Source: Opitutales bacterium (GTDB lineage Bacteria; Verrucomicrobiota; Verrucomicrobiia; Opitutales; UBA2987). Taken from it: a stretch of 64,000 nucleotides of DNA. Position 1 is the stretch's first letter. Every line of letters starts with the position of its first letter. Shown one piece after another: positions 1-9,605 of the stretch. The notes below the pieces were generated by a model, which worked only from the letters and a program-made list of their open reading frames with translations, ran no database searches and was not told the origin of the DNA. The stretch is taken from contig CBDDEL010000015.1 of NCBI GenBank assembly GCA_965226885.1, positions 224,001 through 288,000 of the forward strand. The letters run 5' to 3'. The translations under genes and the position numbers were made by a program.

Positions 1-516
1 CGGCAACGATACCAATCCCGAGGCCCAATGGCATAGGAGAGGATTTGACGGGTGCGTCGGCAAAGAGCGATCCAAACCCATTGGGCATCGCTCTTGCGCC
101 CCACAAAAGACCACAGTTCGTCCAGTTCAATGACATCATGGCGGCGGGCCGCAAGAATCGTGCTTTTGAGCGGTCGCAGCGATTGTCGTTTTTTTTAACC
201 AACTCAAAACGGTGTTGGGACTCACCCCGAAGGCGCGCTGTAAACCGCGTAGACTGCTGCGTTCCTGATAGACTCGAAGGATCATTTCTTTTTGCTCTTC
301 GGTGTATTTCACTGTGGGGTTTTCGCGGCTTTGTTTACCACAATCATGGCAGCGGTAGCGCTGTTTATGGTTGGGCGTCTTGCCAAATTTAATGATATTT
401 TCACTTCCACAGTGCCGACAATTAATAATTTTAGTAACCATGCACTAAAAATAAACTGCCTAACTCTATTTGTACAGCTAAAAATACAAAATAACATTCT
501 TTTTTTATACACTACC
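1..516 (-). mobile_element. IS1-family insertion sequence, truncated by window start
   Basis: InsA-like ORF 136..441 (CRHC...CHDC zinc ribbon + HTH). A second frame below ~190 reads ...[26 protein letters not shown], typical of InsB. Putative left end GGTAGTG on the minus strand at 516-510. Confidence 0.85.
136..441 (-). CDS. insA: IS1 InsA-like protein (N-terminal part of the frameshifted transposase)
   Basis: Two CxxC motifs, QRYRC, and HTH-like [20 protein letters not shown]8 run at 189-196 precedes the InsB frame. Confidence 0.85.
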   Translation of the reverse strand: MVTKIINCRHCGSENIIKFGKTPNHKQRYRCHDCGKQSRENPTVKYTEEQKEMILRVYQERSSLRGLQRAFGVSPNTVLSWLKKTTIAATAQKHDSCGPPP

Positions 517-808
517 CGATCTTCCAGGTTGACCAAGACCAGTCATGCCATCCCCGGAATTGGCTGCCTTAGATTTGGCCAAAAAAAGCCCTTCCCTTAT
601 GGCGAACGAAACTTCTATGCACAACTGCCAGCCAGGTTGATCGGACCCCATCTTTGCTACCACTTTAAGTGAGAGTATTTCCTTAGGTTTGGTATTGTAG
701 GTTTTGCAGCGGGTGGCGCAATGAGGCCGTAGGCCGAATGGAGCCAGCCGCTGCTTTGTTGATTGTTCGCCAGAGTCTGGCAAATGTATTTGGGGAGAGA
801 AAGCCTAA

Positions 809-2381
809 CCCGGATATTTCGTAAAAAAAGTATCGCTGATATGCTTAACTGCTGATATACAGCAGGATAGATCAATAATTAAAGCAATATCAGCGATGAC
901 AAAAGGTAAACAATTAAAGCTACAGTTGACAAGGGTAAAAGGCCGCCGTGTGCGGGTTGATTTCAAGGGCGGAGAGGTTACTTCGGATGCCGGACTGCTT
1001 TTGATCCGGGAAGTGGATCGGCAGTTGGGCTTGACCGAACGAGCGGCCCGACAGTTAGTGGACAAACGGCAGAAGGGCAAAGTACGCCATGAGGTATTGG
1101 GGATGCTGCGGCAGCGCGTTTACGGGCTGGTGGCGGGCTATGAGGATTTAAACGACTTTGATACCCTGCGCCACGATCCATTGTTGCAAACGGTAACGGG
1201 GCGCATTGAAACGTTGGCCAGCGCGCCGACTTTGTGTCGTTTTGAAAACGGGCAGGATCGGCGGGCGGCCTTTGCGGTAAACGAGCTGTTGGTCGAACAG
1301 TTCATGGGCTCCTTTGCCGAGGAACCCGAAGAGATCATCCTGGACTTTGACGCCACCGACAATCCGGTGCACGGGCTCCAGGAGGGACGTTTTTTCCACG
1401 GTTATTATGATCATTACTGTTTTCTGCCGCTATATGTTTTTTGCGGTGATCAGCTGCTGGTGGCCTACCTGCGGCCGAGCAAGATCGATGCCAGCAAGCA
1501 TGCCGGGGCCATCCTCAAATTGCTGGTTAAACGGATTCGCCAAAGCTGGCCCCGTACGCGGATTATTTGGCGCGCCGACAGTGGATTTTGTCGAGACCGG
1601 ATACTCTCTTGGTGCGACCGCAACGAAGTTAGTTACATCGTGGGGATGGCTCGCAATGCACGCTTGCAGCAAGACGCCCAGCAGTTGCAAAAGCAGGCCA
1701 AAGAATGGTTCGAACTAAGGGGTAAAAAACAACGGTTATTCCAGGACTTCGTCTATGCTGCCGATTCGTGGCGATGGCTGCGGTTGGTCATCCATAAAGC
1801 CGAACACACCGCACAGGGGTCCAACCCGCGCTTCGTGGTGACGAACCTGCCGGGCGATCCCCAGGAGCTTTACGACAAGGTATACTGTGGCCGCGGTGAA
1901 ATGGAGAACCGAATCAAGGAACAGATGCAATTGTTCAGCGAGCGCACCAGCGCCCATCAATGGTGGGCCAATCAGTGGCGATTGGTGGGCCAATCAGTGG
2001 CGATTGCCTACACCTTGATGGAAGCCATGCGCCGGTTAGCCTTAAAAGGGACGAAGTGGGCGCGGGCCCAATGCCACACCCTGCGGCTCAAATTAATCAA
2101 GATCGGAGCGGTCATCGTGCGCAACACCCGAACGATTCACTTTCACCTAAGTGAGAGTTATCCTTGGGCCAGTCTTTTCAACCATGCGGCCCGCCGATTG
2201 GTGCCAACCTAAAGGGTGCATTGGTGCTGCCCCCGGCACTACCGAACCAATGGGGGAAAGGGGGCAGTGTCTCTACACCCTGAAAAACACCTAAAAATCA
2301 AGACGATCTGCTCAAAATACAAAGAAATCCATCTCCAATAGCAATAACGAGCCAAACTTTACCCTTCATGAAATATCCGGG
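809..2381 (+). mobile_element. IS1380-family insertion sequence nested in IS3 orfB
   Basis: IRs CCCGGATATTTC (809-820) and GAAATATCCGGG (2370-2381). 4-bp target duplication CTAA at 805-808 and 2382-2385. Confidence 0.93.
896..2212 (+). CDS. IS1380-family DDE transposase
   Basis: TSDAGLLL, GYEDLND, LDFDATD, RADSGF and RGEMENRIKE motifs. Confidence 0.95.
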   Translation: MTKGKQLKLQLTRVKGRRVRVDFKGGEVTSDAGLLLIREVDRQLGLTERAARQLVDKRQKGKVRHEVLGMLRQRVYGLVAGYEDLNDFDTLRHDPLLQTVTGRIETLASAPTLCRFENGQDRRAAFAVNELLVEQFMGSFAEEPEEIILDFDATDNPVHGLQEGRFFHGYYDHYCFLPLYVFCGDQLLVAYLRPSKIDASKHAGAILKLLVKRIRQSWPRTRIIWRADSGFCRDRILSWCDRNEVSYIVGMARNARLQQDAQQLQKQAKEWFELRGKKQRLFQDFVYAADSWRWLRLVIHKAEHTAQGSNPRFVVTNLPGDPQELYDKVYCGRGEMENRIKEQMQLFSERTSAHQWWANQWRLVGQSVAIAYTLMEAMRRLALKGTKWARAQCHTLRLKLIKIGAVIVRNTRTIHFHLSESYPWASLFNHAARRLVPT

Positions 2382-3165
2382 CTAATCGGCTGTGGGGGTG
2401 TTTCGCGTTGTATTTGTGTCGCCATTGTTCGACCACCACACGCGCTTCGGTCACGCTCAGGAACAGTTCCTGATTAAGGCATTCATCGCGCAAACGATTA
2501 TGAAAGGATTCTATATGTCCATTCTGCCAAGGGCTTCCTGGATCAATGTATGCAATGGCAATTTCCTGCCGCTGCAGTTCTTCTTTGACTTGGTGGGCTA
2601 TAAACTCCGATCCGTTGTCCGAGCGGATGCACTGAGGTTTGCTGTTCTCCTTTATGGCTTTGTTCAATACCTCTACCACATCGGTACTTTTCAGTGAGCG
2701 CGCAACCTTAATGGCCAGGCATTGTCGGGTATGTTCATCGATCAGTGTCAAGAGCCTGAGCGGACCGCCCCGGTCGGTGCGATCCGCCACAAAGTCCCAA
2801 CTCCACACATGGTTGGGCTGCACTGCTCGGGTCAGGGTAGCTGTAGAGTGGCCCTGCCGGCGACGGCGCTTGCCAGGCGGCCGGCACACCCAGTCCTTCG
2901 AAACGACGCACTTTTTGGACGAATTTGCGACTCACGGGCCAGCCTTCATGGGCCAACAAAGCGCGGATCCGACGATAGCCATAGCGAGGGTGCTTCTTCG
3001 AAAAGGCAATGATGCGTGTCACCAGTTTATGCCTATACTCAGTAGCTTTCTTGGGTTCATACAGGTAGGTTGAGCGATGCAACCCAAAATACTGACAGGC
3101 CCGACGCAGCGAGCACGACCCTTGGGCCAATACATGCTTCACCGCTTCCTTTTTCTGCTTCGGGC

Positions 3166-3432
3166 CTACCATTTTTTTGCGTTCACCTCCTTGAGCACAC
3201 GGTTCTCCAGCATCTGCTCGGCTACTATCTTCTTAAGCTGCGTGTTTTCGCGCTCCAGCTCCTTCAGCCGCTTGGCGTCACGTAACTCCATCCGGCCATA
3301 CTTTTTACGCCAACGATGATAGCTTTGAGGACTAATATTGTGGGACCGACAGACATCCTGGATGCCTTTGCCTGCGTCTACTTCGCGCAGTATCGTTATG
3401 ATCTGTTCAGGTGTGTATCTTTTTTGCTTCAT
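3166..3432 (-). CDS. IS3-family transposase OrfA
   Basis: MKQKRYTPEQIITILRE...RLKELERENTQLKKIVAE...KKW: HTH plus leucine zipper. Confidence 0.9.
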   Translation of the reverse strand: MKQKRYTPEQIITILREVDAGKGIQDVCRSHNISPQSYHRWRKKYGRMELRDAKRLKELERENTQLKKIVAEQMLENRVLKEVNAKKW

Positions 3433-3885
3433 ATGTCTTTCCGGTAATTTCTCCAGAAAGACTCTCACTGGCAATGGTCATGTTTTTGGCGGTCACATCA
3501 TGAGGCATTCCGGTTTGCGTTTGAAACGGGATAATGCTGGGAAGTTAGGCGTTAGGCAAGCGAAAATGCTTTATTTTTCGGAATTTTGGTGGTTTTTCCT
3601 TTTTCCGGGAATGGAGTCTCGGGCGCCGCTGGCGGATTTTGTCAGGTTTCTTAAAAAAGAATTGAGCCCGGCGGGAAAATGAGTCATCTTGTCTTTCAAA
3701 ACGGAAATCCTGGTCTCAAATCTCAACATTTCAAAAAAAATTAAAAAAGTCCCGGATTTCAATTCTGGACTTCAAGCAGAGATTACCCGCCGCGGACCGC
3801 ATCTTGCTGGCCGGGAACTACGATTCCCACATTAAAATAAATTAATATAAATAATTAAAACCTTCTTCAAAACGAATTTCTTTCC

Positions 3886-4641
3886 ATGCCAGTATTTGAA
3901 AATATTGAGAATCAACAGGTTGCCTCTCCGGTAGAGGAACGGGGCCGAAGCCGCAAATCCAGGTACAAGCGTAACGACGCCTTCATACCTATGACACCCA
4001 GCGCCCCCCATGACGGTGAAATTATTGAATATTCACCCAACCGCACGGGCAATCGCCCGCCCGACCATGCCGCCATTTCACGCCGGGAGCAACGAATGCA
4101 CCGATCGAAAAAATATACCCAAAAAATAAATACTGGGCTGATCAATCCTTTTTCGGACCTTATGCTTTCTTTGGGCGACGATGGCCTGAAGTCTTTTTTC
4201 CTGGAAGGAGTAAAAAATATTCTCAAAACCCTCCGCGGTCTCTGGCCGACCAAAAAAAAGAAATCTACTCCGAAAAGCGGAGACTTCCAGAGAAGAAAAA
4301 GGCGGCCACGCAACAGAGGAGACTATCAAAAGAGGCGCAAGCAAAATGGAAACGAGGGAAAAGAGAAGCGGAACCAGGAACGGCCCAACCGCAATCGAAG
4401 GAGGGGGTCGAAAGGTAGATTGCCCCAACAAGGAAAATCCGAAAACCAGGGCAATTCAAGACAAGGCAATTCAAGAGATGGATCTGCAAACCGGAGGGGA
4501 AACAATGCCAACCCCAACTCCCAAGCCAACCCCAACGCCAATTCAAATTCCAATTCCAACTCAAAACCCAACCGCAATCGCCACCGTCGAAGAAGACCAT
4601 CCTCCGACCCCACAGGGGCCCAATCTCCCCGCAAGGACTGA
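3886..4641 (+). CDS. Hypothetical Arg/Asn-rich, largely low-complexity basic protein
   Basis: 251-aa ATG ORF after an AT-rich promoter-like region, ending 18 nt before murA. Contains RRR clusters and NANPNS repeats. Confidence 0.6.
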   Translation: MPVFENIENQQVASPVEERGRSRKSRYKRNDAFIPMTPSAPHDGEIIEYSPNRTGNRPPDHAAISRREQRMHRSKKYTQKINTGLINPFSDLMLSLGDDGLKSFFLEGVKNILKTLRGLWPTKKKKSTPKSGDFQRRKRRPRNRGDYQKRRKQNGNEGKEKRNQERPNRNRRRGSKGRLPQQGKSENQGNSRQGNSRDGSANRRGNNANPNSQANPNANSNSNSNSKPNRNRHRRRRPSSDPTGAQSPRKD

Positions 4642-4659
4642 GCTTCGTCCTCCAGAGCT

Positions 4660-5958
4660 ATGGAAGTTCTGAGAATCCGGGGCGGAAATCCCCTGCATGG
4701 CGTTGTCACCGTGAGCGGAGCCAAAAATGCGGCCCTGCCGATTTTTGCCGCCACCCTCCTGACCGATGAGGAATGTGTCATAGACAACGTTCCCGACCTC
4801 AGCGATGTGCGTTATCAAGCGGAAATCTTGCAAAGCCTGGGCGCCGGAGTGTCGCGGGAAGGAGCCCACCGGTGGAAATTCAAGGCCGAGTGCCTGAACC
4901 CGCGGGCACCCTACGAACTGGTTCGCAAAATGCGGGCATCGGTTTGTTTAATGGGTCCCCTCGTGGGCCGGCTGCGCCGGGCGGAAGTCTCCCTGCCGGG
5001 TGGGTGCGTCATTGGCCCGAGACCCATCGACCTTCACCTCAAGGGCCTCGGCAAGCTGAATTGCGCCATCGAAATAGCCAATGGCTATGTGCACATAGAC
5101 GGCAGTTCCATGCGCGGTGCGGATATCTTTTTGGGCGGCCGCCATGGCCCCACCGTGACCGGCACAGCCAACATTTTGATGGCATCGGTATTGGCCCCCG
5201 GCCGCACCCGGATCGAAAGCGCAGCCTGTGAACCGGAGATTGTTGACCTATGCGGTATGCTCAACGCGATGGGCGCCGATATCAATGGTGTGGGCAGTCA
5301 TCACCTGACGGTGGAGGGAGTGGAGAAATTGCATGGCTGCCACTACCGAATCATTTCCGACCGCATTGAGGCGGGCACTTTTCTTCTCGCCGGAGCCATT
5401 ACGGGGGGCGATCTGACGGTCTCCGGCGCGCAGCCAAAACACCTCAGCGCTCTTTTCGACAAGCTGGAGGAAGCCTGCATCGGAACCGAAATCAGCCCGC
5501 ATGGCGATATACGGGTGATGGGCGGGGGCAAGCGCAAACCGGTTGATTTGATTACCTTGCCCCACCCCGCATTCCCCACCGATTTGCAAGCCCAGATGTG
5601 CGCCGTCATGAGCCTGACTCCCGGCCTCAGCATTCTGACCGAAAAAATCTACCCCAACCGCTTCATGCACGTACCCGAACTTCAACGCATGGGGGCGGAT
5701 ATCGCCATCGAAGGGCCCAGCGCAATCATCAACGGCAAGGAAACCTTGTCCGGAGCCCCTGTCATGGCCTCGGATCTGCGGGCCAGCGCGGCCTTGATTT
5801 TAGCCGGTTTGGCCGCCCGGGGGGAAACCTGGATACAGCGCATTTATCATATCGACCGCGGTTATGAACACATTGACGAGAGGCTTCATGCGCTCGGCGC
5901 GGACATCGTCCGCATGCCCGCCTCGGAAATGCCAAAAGATATGCTGGTGGAGGCCTGA
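4660..5958 (+). CDS. murA: UDP-N-acetylglucosamine 1-carboxyvinyltransferase
   Basis: SGAKNAALP, MRAS, LPGGCVIGPRPIDLH, FPTDLQAQ, DLRASA and IDRGYE motifs. Confidence 0.97.
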   Translation: MEVLRIRGGNPLHGVVTVSGAKNAALPIFAATLLTDEECVIDNVPDLSDVRYQAEILQSLGAGVSREGAHRWKFKAECLNPRAPYELVRKMRASVCLMGPLVGRLRRAEVSLPGGCVIGPRPIDLHLKGLGKLNCAIEIANGYVHIDGSSMRGADIFLGGRHGPTVTGTANILMASVLAPGRTRIESAACEPEIVDLCGMLNAMGADINGVGSHHLTVEGVEKLHGCHYRIISDRIEAGTFLLAGAITGGDLTVSGAQPKHLSALFDKLEEACIGTEISPHGDIRVMGGGKRKPVDLITLPHPAFPTDLQAQMCAVMSLTPGLSILTEKIYPNRFMHVPELQRMGADIAIEGPSAIINGKETLSGAPVMASDLRASAALILAGLAARGETWIQRIYHIDRGYEHIDERLHALGADIVRMPASEMPKDMLVEA

Positions 5959-5963
5959 AACCG

Positions 5964-6995
5964 ATGAGTGAGATGGAAAAAGGGACCCATTATCTGCAAA
6001 CCGCCCTGGAGCGGGACGAGAACATGGAGGCAGCCTTGCGGCCGACAGTTTTTGCCGATTTCACGGGCCAGAGAAAATCCGTCGAGCGTTTGCAGATCAT
6101 GGTCGGGGCGGCGCGAGACCGCCAGGACGTCCTCAACCACATCCTCATCAGCGGGCCGCCGGGACTGGGTAAAACCACCCTGGCCTGCATCCTCGGGCAC
6201 GAAATGAACAAAAAGGTGATCATCACCTCGGGGCCGGTCATCGAGAAACCGGGGGACGTGGCCGGGATGCTGACCAATCTGGAGGAGGGAGACATACTTT
6301 TCATTGACGAAATCCACCGCATACCGAAAACCGTAGAGGAATACCTCTACTCGGCGATGGAGGATTTTCGCATCGACATATTGCTCGACCAGGGCCCCAA
6401 TGCCCGCAGCGTGAGGCTGAACATTGCCAGGTTTACACTGGTCGGCGCTACCACCCGCCTGGGTTTGCTGACAGCCCCCTTGCGCAGCCGCTTTACTCTG
6501 CAAACCCGACTCGATTACTATAACAGGGAACAAATGCTGGCCATCGTCCTGCGCAGTTGCGGCCTGCTACATGTGGAGACCGATGATAAAGGGGCCGCTG
6601 AAATTGCCGGCAGGGCGCGCGGCACACCCCGCATAGCCAACAACCTGATCCATTTCGTGCGCGATTTTGCTCAACAAAGGGCGGATGGAAAAATCAATGT
6701 CAAAGTCGCCGCCGGGGCCCTCGAAATGCTCGAAATCGACCAAAACGGCCTCGACGAAATGGACAAGCGCATCCTCCGCCTGATGGCCGAAAATTACAAG
6801 GGAGGCCCGGTCGGGCTGAGCACCATCGCCGTCGCCGTGGGGGAGGAGGAACATACCCTGGAAGAAGTCCATGAACCCTACCTCATCCAGGAAGGTTATC
6901 TGCAACGCACTCCCCAGGGCCGCATTTTAACCGAAAAAGCCTACCACACGATTGGAATGGCCAAACCCGAGGACGGCCAGATGGCATTCTTTTAA
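5964..6995 (+). CDS. ruvB: Holliday junction branch migration helicase RuvB
   Basis: GPPGLGKTT, FIDEIHR, FTLVGATTR, RGTPRIAN and RTPQGR motifs. Confidence 0.97.
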   Translation: MSEMEKGTHYLQTALERDENMEAALRPTVFADFTGQRKSVERLQIMVGAARDRQDVLNHILISGPPGLGKTTLACILGHEMNKKVIITSGPVIEKPGDVAGMLTNLEEGDILFIDEIHRIPKTVEEYLYSAMEDFRIDILLDQGPNARSVRLNIARFTLVGATTRLGLLTAPLRSRFTLQTRLDYYNREQMLAIVLRSCGLLHVETDDKGAAEIAGRARGTPRIANNLIHFVRDFAQQRADGKINVKVAAGALEMLEIDQNGLDEMDKRILRLMAENYKGGPVGLSTIAVAVGEEEHTLEEVHEPYLIQEGYLQRTPQGRILTEKAYHTIGMAKPEDGQMAFF

Positions 6996-7148
6996 CCGAA
7001 GAGAGCGGGAGAAGGATGCAGGTGTCAGGTTTCAGGACCCGACGCGTAAATCACTAATAAAGGAAATTCTATCCTCCATCCCGGACCCCGATACCCTAAA
7101 ACGATTAAAACTTGCCGCATAGGCAATTTTGTCGATACTTTCCAGTTT

Positions 7149-7355
7149 ATGAGACAGGTTTTGGTCTATCCTGGAGAAGATGGCTACTGGGTAGCGGAAT
7201 GCCCCAGCCTGCCAGGCTGTATTTCCCAAGGGAGCACAAAGGAGCAGGTCCTATCGAATATCAAAGAAGCGATCACCGTTTACATCGACGCTCTGGAGGA
7301 AGACAATCTGCCCGTCCCGCCCGATAATCAAAAGGCTGCTGTGATTAGTATATGA
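7149..7355 (+). CDS. hicB: HicB-family antitoxin (short form)
   Basis: EDGYWVAECPSLPGCISQG.T.E....NIKEAI signature. ATGA overlap with hicA. Confidence 0.9.
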   Translation: MRQVLVYPGEDGYWVAECPSLPGCISQGSTKEQVLSNIKEAITVYIDALEEDNLPVPPDNQKAAVISI

Positions 7356-7547
7356 GCAAGCTGCCTCGAATTTCGGGCCGCAAACTCATTACCGTACTTG
7401 AAAAAGCGGGATATTACAAGAAAAGACAAAGCGGAAGCCATATCGTCATGCGCCGAGACAAACCCTTTGGGCAAACGATTGTGCCCGATCATCGGGAATT
7501 GGACCGTGGCACTTTACGGGCTATTCTAAGGCAGTCGGGGCTAACTA

Positions 7548-9364
7548 GAGGCTGTCCCAAAAATATAAAGATTTTATAGTCAACTGGATGACGTTGATAA
7601 AAAGAGCCGGAAAGAGCAAGTTTTTGCTCGATCCGGCCAAAAAAGGGTTCTATAATTGAGTTAGCGAAAATCAATATAGCCCTTTCTATGAAAAATATAG
7701 CCATCCAATGCCTCCTGCGTCCAGCCTTAACTGTGGTCGACCGGTGCCTCGATTACGATAACTTCCGCGCCACCATTGATCGAATCGATCGGCTGCTGAT
7801 CGACTCGGAGGTGGAATCGCAGGCCATTGAGCTGGCCTTGGAGGGGTGGCAGCCAATGGGTCTAAAGGCCCGGCGGCAGCGGGCCAGTTTTGCCATCAAG
7901 GCACTGCGCATGGATACGCTGGGCCGTCTGCTCGGAGGGATTTCGTTTCGGCATTTGTCGCGGGCTCTGGGCAGCAGCGATCTGTTGGCCGACTTTTGCC
8001 GTGTCCGGCAGATCGATGGCATCAGGGGCATCTCCAAAAGCACCCTGGAGCGGGCCTCGAAGTTTTTCAGCGAAGAGCAGTTGAGGGCCTTGCACCGGAC
8101 CTTGACTGAGGTGGTGGGCGATGCCCTTCTGGCCCGGCAGGTGGGATTGGACAAGCCGATTGACACCACCATTTGCCTGATCGACGGCACCTGTTTGGAG
8201 GCTAACATTCATTGGCCGACGGACTGGGTATTACTCAAGGATGTAGCCGGCACGTTGCTCAAAGCGATCCGGCTGATCCGCGAGAAGGCCGGTTTGCGCC
8301 ATCGCATGCCGATCGAACCGGAGCCCTTGGCTCGGCAGATGAATCGGCTGTGCATACAGATGACCCACAGCCGGCGGCGAAAGGACAGCGCGCGGCAGCG
8401 CAAGGGTATCTTGAGGCAGATGAAAAAGCTGCTCAAACGGATCGGGGAGCATGCCCGCAGTCACCGGGAATTATTGCAAGCCTGCTGGGAGCAAGGCGAT
8501 TACAGCGAAAAACAGGTCCAACAGATCCTCGCCCGGATGGAGCGCATGAGCGAGCAAATCCCGGTGGTCATCAAACAGGCGCACGAGCGGATCATTGGCG
8601 GCCGCCAGGTGAAAAACGCAGAGAAAGTCTTGAGTGTTTACGAACTCGATGGGCAGGTGATTGTGCGAGGTAAAGCGGGCCAAGAGGTCGAGTTCGGCAA
8701 CACCCTGTTTTTGGGAGAAAGCGTTGAAGGGTACCTGCTGGACTGGAAACTCTACGGCAGCCGAACTCCAAGCGAAAATGAACAAATGCAAGAGAGTTTG
8801 CAAAGACAGAACCGCTTCAACCTGGAAGAACCCATAGCGGCCATGTGCGCGGACCGGGGATTTGCCTCCCAGCGGGCCCGCCGGCAGTTAGCCCAGGAGG
8901 GAATCTACGACGCGCTCTGTCCACGCGATCCGAAGCAGTTGAAAAAACGGATGGAGGAACCACTGTTCAGACAATTGCAAAAGCGCCGGGCCAGCACCGA
9001 AGGGCGGATCGGGGTATTGAAGAATCGCTGGCAGGCCGGGCGGTTGCGCAGCAAAGGCTTTGCCAACCGCTCGATCAGCGTAGCCTGGTCGGTACTCTCG
9101 CACAACCTATGGAAAGTAGCCAAGATGCTGGCCCAGCAAGACGAACTAAAAACCAAAGCGGCGGCCTAGAGAGCGGAAAAGCAAGGACAATACTTTTTCA
9201 CAGCCTTACTGGCGGCTCATACAAAGAAAACCAGGCAACCGGACCCCAAAACCAGTATCCTAACGTCATAGGAGAGCAAAGTTGATACTCTCCCAAATGC
9301 AAAAACCTCTAAAATGAGCGCCTATCAAAAGCCCTCGCAAAAATCACCCTTTTGGGACAGCCTC
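7548..9364 (+). mobile_element. IS5/ISNCY-like insertion sequence, copy 1 (1817 bp)
   Basis: IRs GAGGCTGTCCCAAAA / TTTTGGGACAGCCTC. 6-bp duplication TAACTA at 7542-7547 and 9365-9370. Confidence 0.93.
7688..9169 (+). CDS. DDE transposase (IS5/ISNCY-like)
   Basis: IDGTCLEANIHWPTD, RGKAG.EVEFG, ADRGF and RRASTEGRIGVLK motifs. Exact family assignment is uncertain. Confidence 0.9.
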   Translation: MKNIAIQCLLRPALTVVDRCLDYDNFRATIDRIDRLLIDSEVESQAIELALEGWQPMGLKARRQRASFAIKALRMDTLGRLLGGISFRHLSRALGSSDLLADFCRVRQIDGIRGISKSTLERASKFFSEEQLRALHRTLTEVVGDALLARQVGLDKPIDTTICLIDGTCLEANIHWPTDWVLLKDVAGTLLKAIRLIREKAGLRHRMPIEPEPLARQMNRLCIQMTHSRRRKDSARQRKGILRQMKKLLKRIGEHARSHRELLQACWEQGDYSEKQVQQILARMERMSEQIPVVIKQAHERIIGGRQVKNAEKVLSVYELDGQVIVRGKAGQEVEFGNTLFLGESVEGYLLDWKLYGSRTPSENEQMQESLQRQNRFNLEEPIAAMCADRGFASQRARRQLAQEGIYDALCPRDPKQLKKRMEEPLFRQLQKRRASTEGRIGVLKNRWQAGRLRSKGFANRSISVAWSVLSHNLWKVAKMLAQQDELKTKAAA

Positions 9365-9605
9365 TAACTACAAAACAGCTCGAATCATTCCTGAAGTAAA
9401 ATTACGAATTTTCAAAAAAATAGGCTTCGCTTGAATGTCGATGGATTGCACCCCCCGGCACGGCACATTTCCAAACGGAAACACCCCGTTTCCTTATACA
9501 TTTCTTGTAGCAGATCTTTAAACGAGTAAGTATATTCTTTGTCCAAAAGATATATCGAAATTGAAAAGCGAAGATCGTTGTTTTACACAGCTCGAAATCC
9601 TTTTT

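Larger units (their letters stand above)
680..3172 (-). pseudogene. IS3-family transposase OrfB, frameshifted near 2885 and interrupted by IS1380
   Basis: YGYRRI, PNHVWSWDF, IRSDNGSEF and WQNGHIESF motifs. The C-terminus HPHSRL|GFLSPNTF resumes in frame at ~804 on the other side of the IS1380. Confidence 0.85.
638..3500 (-). mobile_element. IS3-family element (about 1.29 kb once the nested IS1380 is removed)
   Basis: Imperfect terminal IRs TGATCGGACCCC...AGTGAGAGT (from 638) and ACTCTCACTG...GGTCACATCA (to 3500). orfA/orfB are joined by an A7 -1 slip site. No target duplication is visible. Confidence 0.9.
7352..9399 (+). pseudogene. hicA: HicA-family toxin interrupted near its 3' end by an IS
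   Basis: RQSGSH...VPDH.EL..GTLRAIL. Removing IS 7548-9364 and one TAACTA restores ...QSGLTTKQLESFLK* (stop 9397-9399). Confidence 0.88.
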
